A DNA stretch of 64,000 nucleotides from Clostridiaceae bacterium (GTDB taxonomy: Bacteria; Bacillota; Clostridia; Oscillospirales; Acutalibacteraceae): the NCBI GenBank assembly GCA_904501705.1, contig CAJGCA010000001.1, forward strand, positions 15,488 through 79,487, in the 5' to 3' direction. The translations under genes were made by a program, and so were the position numbers. This document shows, one piece after another, positions 9,728-20,282 of this stretch. The notes beneath the pieces are model-generated. The model saw only the letters and a program-made list of their open reading frames with translations. It searched no databases and was not told where the DNA came from. Each line of letters starts with the position of its first letter. Within the stretch, counting starts at the first letter, position 1.

Positions 9728-11050
9728 ATGAAACTGAATTACAAGCGGACATTTCTTGTCGGTCTTGCATTCCTCTCCATCTCAGCGTTCTGGCAGATGT
9801 ACGATGGTGTCATTCCGAAGATTCTGACCGGTACTTTCGGCATCGGCGAAACAATATCGGGCGCCATCATGGCCGCGGACAACGTGCTGGCACTGTTTCT
9901 TCTTCCCTTCTTCGGATCGCTGTCTGATAAGTGCAACACCCGCATCGGTCGTCGTATGCCGTTCGTCCAGTACGGCACCATCGCCGCTGTGCTGCTGATG
10001 CTCACTCTGCCACTCATTGATAAAAGCTACGCCGCCGCTCCCGCGGAATGGAAGTTAATTGCTTTCATCATCGTTTTGGGTGTCTTGCTTATCACGATGG
10101 GCACCTACCGCTCTCCCGCGGTTGCGCTGATGCCTGACGTGACGCCCAAGCCCCTGCGTAGTAAGGGCAATGCGGTCATCAACCTGATGGGCGCTGCCGG
10201 CGGTATTCTGTACCTGATCGTTTCCAGCGTGCTGTACTCCAACAAGCGTATCGGCAACGTGGAACACGTCGATTATTTTCTGCTGTTTGCGGTCGTGGCA
10301 GGCATTATGGCTGTCGCCGTGCTGGTGCTGCGACTGACCGTCAACGAACCGAAGCTGGTCGCCGAGGCTAAGCAGTATGACACCGACGAAGCCGAGGTCA
10401 CCGAAACCACGGCGAAGGAAAAGCTCGCAAAGCCCGTCGTCAAGAGCCTTGTTTTCCTGCTGATCTCGGTGTTTTTGTGGTTCTTCGGCTACAACGGCAT
10501 TACAACCTGGTTTACCACCTTTGCGGGTCAGGCTTGGGGTATGGCTCTCGGCGATGCCAGCCTTTGCCTGACGATTGCCACGGCCGGTGCGATTGTTTCG
10601 TATATCCCGATCGGGCATCTCTCCGCAAAGATCGGTCGTAAAAAATCCATCCTGCTCGGCACGGCGGTGCTCGCAAGCTGCTTTGCTGCCGCCTATCTGT
10701 ACACCCTGTACGCCAACAGCTTTTCGCCTATTCTGTACCTGATTTTTATTCTGGTTGGCTTCTCCTGGGCGGCGATCAGCGTCAACTCCCTGCCGATGGT
10801 CGTCGAGATGTGCCATCTGTCGGACGTCGGCCGTTTCACCGGATACTACTACACCTTCTCGATGGCGGCGCAGACCATCACCCCCATCGCAGCCGGCGCA
10901 TTGCTTGAAAACGTGAGCTACAAGGTACTGTTTCTGTATTCCGCGCTGTTCGTTGCCGCGTCCTTTGTTACGATGCTATTCGTACGCCACGGCGACACTG
11001 TCGCCCCGACCAAGAAGTCTCTGCTGGAGAACTTCGATACCGAGGATTGA
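9728..11050 (+). CDS. MFS transporter of the GPH / SLC45 / sucrose-transporter-like group
   Basis: 440 aa with about 12 hydrophobic segments. The loop 2-3 signature GSLSDKCNTRIGRRMPF resembles the SDRC-x5-GRRRPF motif of plant SUT/SLC45 and bacterial GPH carriers. RBS AAAAGGAG. Confidence 0.78.
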   Translation: MKLNYKRTFLVGLAFLSISAFWQMYDGVIPKILTGTFGIGETISGAIMAADNVLALFLLPFFGSLSDKCNTRIGRRMPFVQYGTIAAVLLMLTLPLIDKSYAAAPAEWKLIAFIIVLGVLLITMGTYRSPAVALMPDVTPKPLRSKGNAVINLMGAAGGILYLIVSSVLYSNKRIGNVEHVDYFLLFAVVAGIMAVAVLVLRLTVNEPKLVAEAKQYDTDEAEVTETTAKEKLAKPVVKSLVFLLISVFLWFFGYNGITTWFTTFAGQAWGMALGDASLCLTIATAGAIVSYIPIGHLSAKIGRKKSILLGTAVLASCFAAAYLYTLYANSFSPILYLIFILVGFSWAAISVNSLPMVVEMCHLSDVGRFTGYYYTFSMAAQTITPIAAGALLENVSYKVLFLYSALFVAASFVTMLFVRHGDTVAPTKKSLLENFDTED

Positions 11051-11053
11051 TCC

Positions 11054-11875
11054 ATGGTAACTGTGTATATTCTGCTCGGCTTAGTCGTATTGGTGGCGTG
11101 CCTATTCTTGTATGCCATCGCCCCGCGGCGTCGTCGCAATAGCGAGCCGTTCAACCGCACGTTTTTCGCACACCGAGGCCTGCATACCGAGGATGGCGAG
11201 GCTCCCGAAAACTCCCTCGCCGCCTTTGAAAGAGCAAAGAAGGCAGGTTTTGGTGTCGAATTTGACATCCAATTCACCGCCGATCGACAGATTGTCGTCT
11301 TCCACGACAAGGACTTATCCCGTATGTGCGGTGTTAATAAGCGTGTTGACGCGCTTACCTATGAGGAACTCCAATTGTTAACGCTTCAAGGCGGCAACGA
11401 GCACATCCCACTGCTTACGGACGCACTCGAGCTGCTCGGCGACACGCCTGTTCTCTGCGAAATCAAAAGCTATGGTGCCAACAATGACACCTCGCTGTGC
11501 GCTGAAGCGTGGCCTCTGCTCGAGAAATATAAAGGGCCGCTGTGCATTGAGTCCTTCAATCCGTTTATGGTACAGTGGTTTCGTAAGAACCAGCCGCAGG
11601 TCATACGCGGCATCCTCTCCACTTGCTACGACGACGTTGACGAGGTAAACTTTTGGCAAGGCGTTGCTCTCGGCGCGCTATTAACCAACTTCCTCACCAA
11701 ACCGGATTTTATTGCGTACGACTACAAATACCGAAACAAATTCGCTTTTAAGTTTTGCCGTTCCCTATTCCGCCCAATGACCGTCGCTTGGACGATCACT
11801 GACAAAGAGCAGGAAGCGACTGCACTTAAAAAATTTGACACCTGCATTTTTGAACAGTATTATCCAAGACGTTGA
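11054..11875 (+). CDS. Membrane-anchored glycerophosphodiester phosphodiesterase family protein
   Basis: N-terminal TM helix (VYILLGLVVLVACLFLYAI), then the GDPD signature FAHRGLHTEDGEAPENSLAAFERAKKAGFGVEFDIQFTADRQIVVFHD. Starts 3 nt after the MFS stop. Confidence 0.85.
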   Translation: MVTVYILLGLVVLVACLFLYAIAPRRRRNSEPFNRTFFAHRGLHTEDGEAPENSLAAFERAKKAGFGVEFDIQFTADRQIVVFHDKDLSRMCGVNKRVDALTYEELQLLTLQGGNEHIPLLTDALELLGDTPVLCEIKSYGANNDTSLCAEAWPLLEKYKGPLCIESFNPFMVQWFRKNQPQVIRGILSTCYDDVDEVNFWQGVALGALLTNFLTKPDFIAYDYKYRNKFAFKFCRSLFRPMTVAWTITDKEQEATALKKFDTCIFEQYYPRR

Positions 11876-11898
11876 TTATTCATTGAGGAGGAACTATT

Positions 11899-12927
11899 TT
11901 GAAAAAAATCCGCATTGCTATGAGCGCCATTCTGTGCTTTACTCTGTTGAGCGGTTGTTCAATCGACATCACCGTTCGTGATGAGAACGGTAGTAGCATC
12001 GCCATCCCTGACGGTGTGGATTCAGCGATTGAAAATGCCTTTTCTAATGTTATGAATACATCTTCCAGCAAAGAAGGATCCTCAACAACACAAAGCACAG
12101 CCGCTACGGGGGAAAGCAAAACATCCGACGGCGCTGCATCTACTACCTCAACTGTTAATGCCCCATCAAAGGCTACCAATTCAACTACATCTACGCAAAA
12201 GACACCTTCTGTTCAACAGAACATCCCTGCTTCGTCAAAGTATATCACCGGCATATCCATCAACAAAATGCCGAATAAGACGACCTATATCTCCGGCGAC
12301 CAACAGCTTAACACTACCGGTCTGACAATTAACCGCTTATACAGCGACGGATCAAGCGATACTATAAGCAGTGGCTTCAGAGTCATGGGCTTCAACACGA
12401 GAAATCCCGGCACAAAAAAGTTGACAATTGTATATGAGCACGAAAACGGCTCGGTATTAACCTGTGAGTACTCCATTAATGTCAAAAAGAAACAGCACGA
12501 CACACCGAATATTGAAAACAAATTCCATCACGATAAAGAGAACGAAGTTCTAAAGCTAATCAACGAGGTACGTAAAAAGGCCGGCCTCAATGAACTTAAG
12601 ATGGATAACGGCAAGATGATGAATGCTGCCGACATCCGCGCTAAAGAGATTACGATTGACTTTGAGCACGAACGCCCCGACCATGACAAATGGGACACTG
12701 TATACGATGAAGAGGGTGCCAGCTATAATACACGCGGAGAAAACCTCGGTAAAAATGCCATTCCCACTGACGAAAACTCTGTCGTGCAAGGCATCTTTGA
12801 CGCTTGGATGAACTCTACTGAGCACAAAAAGAATATTTTGAACCCTGCCTTCACGCATGTCAGCATCGCCTGTCTCGAACACAAAGGACACTTCTACTGG
12901 GTGCAGTTATTCGGCGCAAACGGGTAA
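11899..12927 (+). CDS. Secreted lipoprotein with Ig-like domain and C-terminal CAP/SCP (YkwD-like) domain
   Basis: TTG start with RBS GAGGAGG 7 nt upstream. Lipobox LLSGC in MKKIRIAMSAILCFTLLSGCS, then a Ser/Thr-rich linker. A Big-type repeat follows (ITGISINKMPNKTTYISGDQQLNTTGLTI...KKLTIVYEHENG). The CAP domain runs EVLKLINEVRKKAGLNEL ... HKKNILNPAFTHVSIAC ... WVQLF. Confidence 0.8.
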   Translation: MKKIRIAMSAILCFTLLSGCSIDITVRDENGSSIAIPDGVDSAIENAFSNVMNTSSSKEGSSTTQSTAATGESKTSDGAASTTSTVNAPSKATNSTTSTQKTPSVQQNIPASSKYITGISINKMPNKTTYISGDQQLNTTGLTINRLYSDGSSDTISSGFRVMGFNTRNPGTKKLTIVYEHENGSVLTCEYSINVKKKQHDTPNIENKFHHDKENEVLKLINEVRKKAGLNELKMDNGKMMNAADIRAKEITIDFEHERPDHDKWDTVYDEEGASYNTRGENLGKNAIPTDENSVVQGIFDAWMNSTEHKKNILNPAFTHVSIACLEHKGHFYWVQLFGANG

Positions 12928-12970
12928 CTCGGATTATTTTTAGGATTTTAAAAAAACTTTTAAAAAGCCC

Positions 12971-12999
12971 TTGACAAACCGATCTTCTCGCGTTATAAT
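12971..12999 (+). promoter_or_regulatory. Sigma-A-type promoter of the tRNA-Leu gene
   Basis: TTGACA (12971-12976), 17-nt spacer, TATAAT (12994-12999). The tRNA starts about 44 nt downstream. Confidence 0.6.
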
Positions 13000-13042
13000 T
13001 CTATTCGTTCCGCGGCGATCAGCCGAGAACACAATAGAATAT

Positions 13043-13129
13043 GCGGATATGGCGGAATTGGCAGACGCGCTAGATTCAGGTTCTAGTCGGGGCAACTCGG
13101 TGGAGGTTCAAGTCCTCTTATCCGCACCA
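13043..13129 (+). tRNA. tRNA-Leu (anticodon CAG), class II with long variable arm, CCA encoded
   Basis: Acceptor GCGGATA/TATCCGC. Anticodon stem CTAGA/TCTAG with loop TTCAGGT, giving anticodon CAG. Variable arm TCGGGGCAACTCGGT. T-arm GGAGG-TTCAAGT-CCTCT. Discriminator A plus CCA. Confidence 0.92.
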
Positions 13130-13130
13130 A

Positions 13131-13170
13131 AAACAAAGAACCCAACCATTTGGTTGGGTTCTTTGTTTTT
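13131..13170 (+). terminator. Intrinsic terminator after tRNA-Leu
   Basis: Perfect long hairpin ACAAAGAACCCAACCA-TT-TGGTTGGGTTCTTTGT followed by TTTT. Confidence 0.85.
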
Positions 13171-13359
13171 GGTGTATGGTAAGAAACGACGCAGATGTTA
13201 CCTTGTTTTTTGCAAAAAAATAATAATCTTCTTCCCATTATTTCTATAAGTAGTATTATTGACAACATGATATTGTGTATGGTAAAATTATTGAGTATGT
13301 TTTTTGGAAAATACAATCCTTGAGGTTGTCTTTTTAATATATCTGAACAGGAGAATACT

Positions 13360-15282
13360 ATGGAAGAGAAAAAAGAATTTCAGCCGTATATTCCTGCCAA
13401 CAAGGTCACACCCGAACTGACGGTAACGTCGGTCATTATGGGCATCCTGCTGGCGGTTATATTCGGTGCCGCGAACGCCTACCTTGGTCTTCGCGTCGGT
13501 ATGACGGTGTCGGCTTCTATCCCCGCTGCCGTTATCGCGATGGGAGTCATTCGCGTTATTATGCGCAAGAACTCCATCCTCGAAAGCAACCTCGTGCAGA
13601 CCATCGGCTCTGCCGGTGAATCCCTTGCCGCTGGTGCAATCTTCACCCTTCCCGCTCTGTATCTGTGGGCACGTGAAGGCGTGATGGAAAAGCCCGGTCT
13701 CGTTGAGATCACCCTCATCGCCCTCATCGGCGGTCTGCTCGGCGTGTTCTTCATGGTGCCGCTGCGCAATGCGCTCATCGTACGCGAGCACGGCACTCTG
13801 CCCTATCCCGAAGGACAGGCCTGCGCCGAAGTGCTGCTCGCCGGCGAAAAAGGCGGCGCTAACGCCTCCACCGTATTCGCGGGTATGGGCTTTGCTGCGC
13901 TGTTCAAGTTTATCATCGACGGCCTGAAGCTTGTGCCGAGCGAGGTCAACCTGCGCGGTTCTCTGAAGAACTACCCCGGTACGATCGGCACGCAGATCTA
14001 CCCCGCCGTGATGAGCGTCGGTTACATCTGCGGCCCCCGCATCTCGTCCTATATGTTCGCGGGCGGCATCATCAGCTGGGTTATTCTCATCCCGCTGATC
14101 GTGCTGTTTGGCGGTAATATGCTGATGTACCCCGGCACCGAGACCATCGGCGAGATCTTCGCCGCGAGCGGCGCCGAAGGCATTTGGAGCACCTACATCC
14201 GCTACATCGGTGCGGGTGCTCTGGCTGCAGGCGGTATCATCAGCCTGATCAAGTCTCTGCCGCTCATCGTACGCACCTTCCGCGATGCCATCAAGGGCTT
14301 CTCGGTCTCCTCCGGCGCGAGCGCCGCTCGTACCGAGCAGGATATCAACCTCAAGATCGTGCTCATTGCCATCCTTGTCCTGACACTGGCCGTATGGCTG
14401 GTGCCTGCGATCCCTGTGTCGCTGATCGGCGCGATCATCGTGGTCATCTTCGGCTTCTTCTTCGCGACCGTTTCTTCCCGCATGGTCGGCTTGGTCGGTA
14501 GCAGTAACAACCCCGTTTCGGGTATGGCGATTGCAACGCTGCTCATCGCCACGCTGATCCTCAAGCTCACCGGCGAAGCCGGTGCGGACGGTATGCAAGC
14601 AGCAATCGCCATCGGCTCGATTATCTGCATCGTCGCAGCGATCTCCGGCGACACCTCGCAAGACCTTAAGACCGGTTATCTGCTCGGCGCGACGCCGAAA
14701 AAGCAGCAGATCGGCGAGGTCATCGGTGTTGTCGCATCGGCGCTGGCAATCGGCGCAACCCTCAACCTGCTGGATAGCGCTTGGGGCTTTGGCTCTGCCG
14801 AGCTTGCTGCTCCGCAGGCGACGCTGATGAAGATGGTCATTGAAGGCATTATGAGCGGCAACCTGCCCTGGGGTCTGATCCTCATCGGTGTGTGTCTGGC
14901 GGTCGTTGTCGAGATCCTCGGCATCCCGGTTCTGCCCGTTGCCATCGGTATCTATCTGCCCGTACAACTCAACGCCTGCATTATGGTCGGCGGTGTCATC
15001 CGTTGGTTCTTCGATAAGATGAAGGAGGGTGACAACAAAGAGCAGACGGTCAGCAACGGTATCCTCTTCTGCTCCGGTATGATCGCGGGTGAAGGCTTGG
15101 TCGGCATTCTGCTGGCCATCCTCGCGGTGTTCGGTGTTGGCGAGCTACTGGATCTGTCCGGCAAGCTCAACCTGCCTGAATGGGCTGCCACCATCGGCTC
15201 GGTGATCGTTTTCGCACTGATCATCCTCTCTCTGCTCGCTTTCACCATCTGGAAAAAGCAGCCGAAGAAGACGGAAGAATAA
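13360..15282 (+). CDS. OPT-family oligopeptide transporter
   Basis: 640 aa and highly hydrophobic throughout. The N-terminus PELTVTSVIMGILLAVIFGAANAYLGLRVGMTVSASIPAAVIAMGV is typical of bacterial OPT proteins. Promoter TTGACA (13259-13264) with an extended -10 TGgTAAAAT upstream. Confidence 0.9.
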   Translation: MEEKKEFQPYIPANKVTPELTVTSVIMGILLAVIFGAANAYLGLRVGMTVSASIPAAVIAMGVIRVIMRKNSILESNLVQTIGSAGESLAAGAIFTLPALYLWAREGVMEKPGLVEITLIALIGGLLGVFFMVPLRNALIVREHGTLPYPEGQACAEVLLAGEKGGANASTVFAGMGFAALFKFIIDGLKLVPSEVNLRGSLKNYPGTIGTQIYPAVMSVGYICGPRISSYMFAGGIISWVILIPLIVLFGGNMLMYPGTETIGEIFAASGAEGIWSTYIRYIGAGALAAGGIISLIKSLPLIVRTFRDAIKGFSVSSGASAARTEQDINLKIVLIAILVLTLAVWLVPAIPVSLIGAIIVVIFGFFFATVSSRMVGLVGSSNNPVSGMAIATLLIATLILKLTGEAGADGMQAAIAIGSIICIVAAISGDTSQDLKTGYLLGATPKKQQIGEVIGVVASALAIGATLNLLDSAWGFGSAELAAPQATLMKMVIEGIMSGNLPWGLILIGVCLAVVVEILGIPVLPVAIGIYLPVQLNACIMVGGVIRWFFDKMKEGDNKEQTVSNGILFCSGMIAGEGLVGILLAILAVFGVGELLDLSGKLNLPEWAATIGSVIVFALIILSLLAFTIWKKQPKKTEE

Positions 15283-15283
15283 T

Positions 15284-15634
15284 ATGAAGAAAAAACCGAT
15301 CATCATCCCCGAGAACTATCTGGAACGTATCCCCTGCCGTCCCGCATCCATCCCTTGGACGACGGACAACGCGGGAATCGTAACGCTCGAGATCGAAAAC
15401 GCCGGTTGGGCGAATCGACTAGCGCAAAAGCTGTTTGGTCGCCCGAAAACCAGCTACATCCATCTGGATACGATGGGAAGCTTTGTCTGGCCGTTGCTGG
15501 ATGGTGAAAAGAGCATCACCGAACTCGGCAAGCTCGTCGACGAGCATTTTGGCGAAGAAGCTCATCCGCTGTATGAGCGGCTGGCACGCTATTTCCAGAT
15601 TCTCGACAGCTACCACTTCATCGAGTGGAAATAA
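15284..15634 (+). CDS. PqqD-family (RRE-like winged-helix) small protein
   Basis: 116 aa. The segment HLDTMGSFVWPLLDGEKSITELGKLVDEHFGEEAHPLYERLARYFQILDSYHFIE matches the PqqD pattern (LN-x-G-x-IW-x-LDG-x-T-x-EI...). ATG lies 1 nt after the OPT stop, so it is probably translationally coupled. Confidence 0.6.
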   Translation: MKKKPIIIPENYLERIPCRPASIPWTTDNAGIVTLEIENAGWANRLAQKLFGRPKTSYIHLDTMGSFVWPLLDGEKSITELGKLVDEHFGEEAHPLYERLARYFQILDSYHFIEWK

Positions 15635-15640
15635 CAAACG

Positions 15641-15674
15641 AAAAAGCGGAGAGCAATACGCTCTCCGCTTTTTG
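15641..15674. terminator. Bidirectional intrinsic terminator between convergent genes
   Basis: AAAA-AGCGGAGAGC-AATAC-GCTCTCCGCT-TTTT, with an A-run and a T-run flanking a 10-bp stem. Confidence 0.85.
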
Positions 15675-15680
15675 CTATTG

Positions 15681-17093
15681 TTATAAGCTCTTCAGAATCT
15701 CGCAAACATAGCGATAAACGCGCTCGACGGAAGAAATCGACAGCCGCTCGCGGCAGGTGTGGATATCCTGCATATCGGGGCCGATGGACACGGCGTCAAG
15801 ACCGGGCAGTTTATCGCACAGATAGCCGCACTCAAGACCTGCATGAATTGCGACAACCTTCGCCTGAGAGCCGTACATCCTCTTCCAAACCGCGCACATC
15901 GTGTCGCGCAGACGAGACTCCTTGCAATATTCCCACGCAGGATAATCGCCGCTTGATTCGCAACGGCCGCCACAGGATTGCGCGACCGTCTTCACACGCG
16001 CGAGCAACGCCGCTTTCTCTTCGCCGACGCTGCTGCGCAGACCAAAGCTCGCCTTGACCGCGTCGCCCTCTGTCTTGAGAATTCCAAGATTGAGCGAGGT
16101 CTGCACCAAGCCGTCGATCGACTCGCTCATCGAGATAATGCCGTTCGGCACTGTTGTCAGAAACTCCACAACACGCCGCGTGGCTTCATCAGTCATCGTA
16201 TAATTCTCCGCGATCGCGTGCTCGACCGTCACCGTTAGGTTAGAATCCCCCTCAATACGATGCTCCTGTGCATAGGCTGCGCCAAACGGGGTGATATCCT
16301 TCGTCGCGGCAAGCACACAGGTCGTCTTGCACGGTATGGCGTTATCTTTCTGACCTCCTTCAATGCGGACGATGCGATAGGTCTCCAGCGTTTGCAGGAA
16401 CTGCCCCATCACGACATTGGAATTGAGACGCCCCTTGTCGATCTCGACGCCGGAATGACCGCCCTGCAGTCCATCAACCGTAATCTTATAGGTGTTCCAG
16501 TAATTGTAGATACGCTCGATCGGCAGAGCGACATCAGCGCGCAAACCGCCCGCGCAGCTAACCGTCAGTACGCCCTCTTCCTCAGAATCAATATTAATGA
16601 GCAAACGTCCATCCAAGGCTGCACCATCCAAGCCAGCAGCACCCAAGAGACCGATCTCCTCATCGACAGTAAGCAGCACCTCGAGCGGCGGATGCGGCAA
16701 GTCGTCCGCATCTAGAATCGCCAACGCCATCGCCACCGCAATACCGTCGTCGCCGCCAAGAGTCGTGCCCTCGGCAAACAGCCAATCGCCGTCGACTGCG
16801 AGCTCCAGTCCATCTTTCTCGAAATCAATGGTGCAGTCTGGCGCTTTCTCGCAAACCATATCTAAATGCCCTTGGAGAATGACGGCGGGATGATCCTCAT
16901 AACCGGCTGTTGCGGCTTTCTTGATAATCACATTGCCGAGCGTGTCCTGCACATGAGCAAGGCCGTGCGCCTCGGCGAATGCCACGCAGTAGGCGCTGAT
17001 CGCGGCGGTGTTCCCAGAGCCGTGCGGGATCGCCGCGAGTTCCTCAAAATAATGAAATACCCGTTCAGGTTGTAATCCAGCTAATTTATTCAT
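15681..17093 (-). CDS. pepD: Aminoacyl-histidine (Xaa-His) dipeptidase PepD, peptidase M20C
   Basis: Start moved to ATG 17093 (RBS GGAGGG), giving MNKLAGLQPERVFHYFEELAAIPHGSGN. Motifs LQGHLDMVCEK and LLTVDEEIGLLGAAG. Confidence 0.9.
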   Translation of the reverse strand: MNKLAGLQPERVFHYFEELAAIPHGSGNTAAISAYCVAFAEAHGLAHVQDTLGNVIIKKAATAGYEDHPAVILQGHLDMVCEKAPDCTIDFEKDGLELAVDGDWLFAEGTTLGGDDGIAVAMALAILDADDLPHPPLEVLLTVDEEIGLLGAAGLDGAALDGRLLINIDSEEEGVLTVSCAGGLRADVALPIERIYNYWNTYKITVDGLQGGHSGVEIDKGRLNSNVVMGQFLQTLETYRIVRIEGGQKDNAIPCKTTCVLAATKDITPFGAAYAQEHRIEGDSNLTVTVEHAIAENYTMTDEATRRVVEFLTTVPNGIISMSESIDGLVQTSLNLGILKTEGDAVKASFGLRSSVGEEKAALLARVKTVAQSCGGRCESSGDYPAWEYCKESRLRDTMCAVWKRMYGSQAKVVAIHAGLECGYLCDKLPGLDAVSIGPDMQDIHTCRERLSISSVERVYRYVCEILKSL

Positions 17094-17200
17094 CGTGACC
17101 CTCCGTTTACGGTTGCTGGATGTATTGTACCACAAAACCCTGCAATATACAAGAGAAAAAGCCGAATGCAAAACTGCATTCGACTTTTTCTTGCATTATC

Positions 17201-19177
<1,977 letters not shown>

Positions 19178-19191
19178 TTACCAAACAAAAG

Positions 19192-19218
19192 TTAGCACTC
19201 TCCTATCTCGAGTGCTAA
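19192..19218 (-). promoter_or_regulatory. CIRCE operator (HrcA binding site) of the groESL operon
   Basis: TTAGCACTC-N9-GAGTGCTAA, a perfect match to the CIRCE inverted repeat. It lies between a TTGATT/TACAAT-type promoter and the groES RBS. Confidence 0.92.
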
Positions 19219-19288
19219 CTCTATTGTACCCCATTTTTTTGAAAAATCAAGTATATTTTGGAACATTTTTCATTTTTTAAAAAATTGT

Positions 19289-20257
19289 TCATAAAGCAGA
19301 TGCAACAAACGCCCCATCGATGACCTCGTGTGCCGCCTTTTTCGCCTCGACAACCGCCGCAGGGACGACAAAACGATAGGCGCTCGGTAAGATGGTAAAC
19401 GACATCTTGTTGGAACAGGCACATTCGCCGTCAACCGTGCAGTAGGTGTCTTTTTTTGCGGTGACGGACATCGCTGTGCCGCGAATGTGCTCACAATAGG
19501 ATAAATCGTCATAGTTGCCCGCTTTGTATTTCTTAAGGAAAGGCAACACACGGAAGCGACTAATCTTCTTGACCAGCACAAAATCCAGTAAGCCGTCATC
19601 CTCAATCGCGTGCGGCGCGCCGCGGTAGCCGCCGCCGTAATACTGCCCGTTCGCCGCCAATGCAAGGAAATACTTGTCGCTTCGCTCGACCGTGCCGTTC
19701 TCGCTCTCGATAACGATATTCATTTCATCCCCGATCGGATGACAAAATACGTCCACAATCGCGAGATTGTACGCGAGCGAGCCACTCACGCCGGGCAGGT
19801 GCTTATAGCGGTTCATCTTTGCCGCTACCTTAGCGTCCATACCGATCGCCGCAATGTTGAGCGACAACTTCCCATCACAGTCGACAGCATCCACAGGAAT
19901 CGCTACGCCCTCAATGAGCGCGGGCAGATCAAGGAAAACATCACTACCGCCAAACGTTCGCACGTAGTCGTTACCGGAGCCGCAAGGAACGACCGTCAGT
20001 TCGGCATCGCCGCCCTGCGGCATGCCGCTCGCCGTCTCCTGCAAGGTTCCGTCCCCTCCGCAGGCGTACAGTCGCACGCGATCCCCTTTGGCGCATTCTT
20101 CCTGCGCGATACGGGTGGCAGCGCCTACCGCATCAGTTAAACGGATGCAATACTCTTCTTCAGGGTGAGCGGAGAAATATGTTACGATCTGCTCGCGAAG
20201 AGACAGAGCAAATTGCTTTTTCCCCGCACATGGATTGAGAATGAATACGTGACGCAT
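19289..20257 (-). CDS. Diacylglycerol/lipid kinase family protein (YegS/DagK-like)
   Basis: MRHVFILNPCAGKKQ N-terminus and the catalytic-domain motif YACGGDGTLQE. Confidence 0.85.
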   Translation of the reverse strand: MRHVFILNPCAGKKQFALSLREQIVTYFSAHPEEEYCIRLTDAVGAATRIAQEECAKGDRVRLYACGGDGTLQETASGMPQGGDAELTVVPCGSGNDYVRTFGGSDVFLDLPALIEGVAIPVDAVDCDGKLSLNIAAIGMDAKVAAKMNRYKHLPGVSGSLAYNLAIVDVFCHPIGDEMNIVIESENGTVERSDKYFLALAANGQYYGGGYRGAPHAIEDDGLLDFVLVKKISRFRVLPFLKKYKAGNYDDLSYCEHIRGTAMSVTAKKDTYCTVDGECACSNKMSFTILPSAYRFVVPAAVVEAKKAAHEVIDGAFVASAL

Positions 20258-20282
20258 ACGACACGCCTCCTTTTAACGATCC

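Noticed and set aside
13263-13278. NrdR-box-like 16-mer CAACATGATATTGTGT in the spacer of the OPT transporter promoter.
   Set aside because: Only the right half (ATATTGTGT) matches. The left arm lacks CAC, the sequence is not palindromic and there is no second box at helical-turn spacing. It is probably just an AT-rich spacer ending in the TG of an extended -10.
12971-13316. ORFs 12971-13249 (+) and 13083-13316 (-) spanning the tRNA-Leu locus.
   Set aside because: They overlap a clean tRNA cloverleaf, its terminator hairpin and AT-rich promoter DNA. There is no RBS and no protein-like composition.
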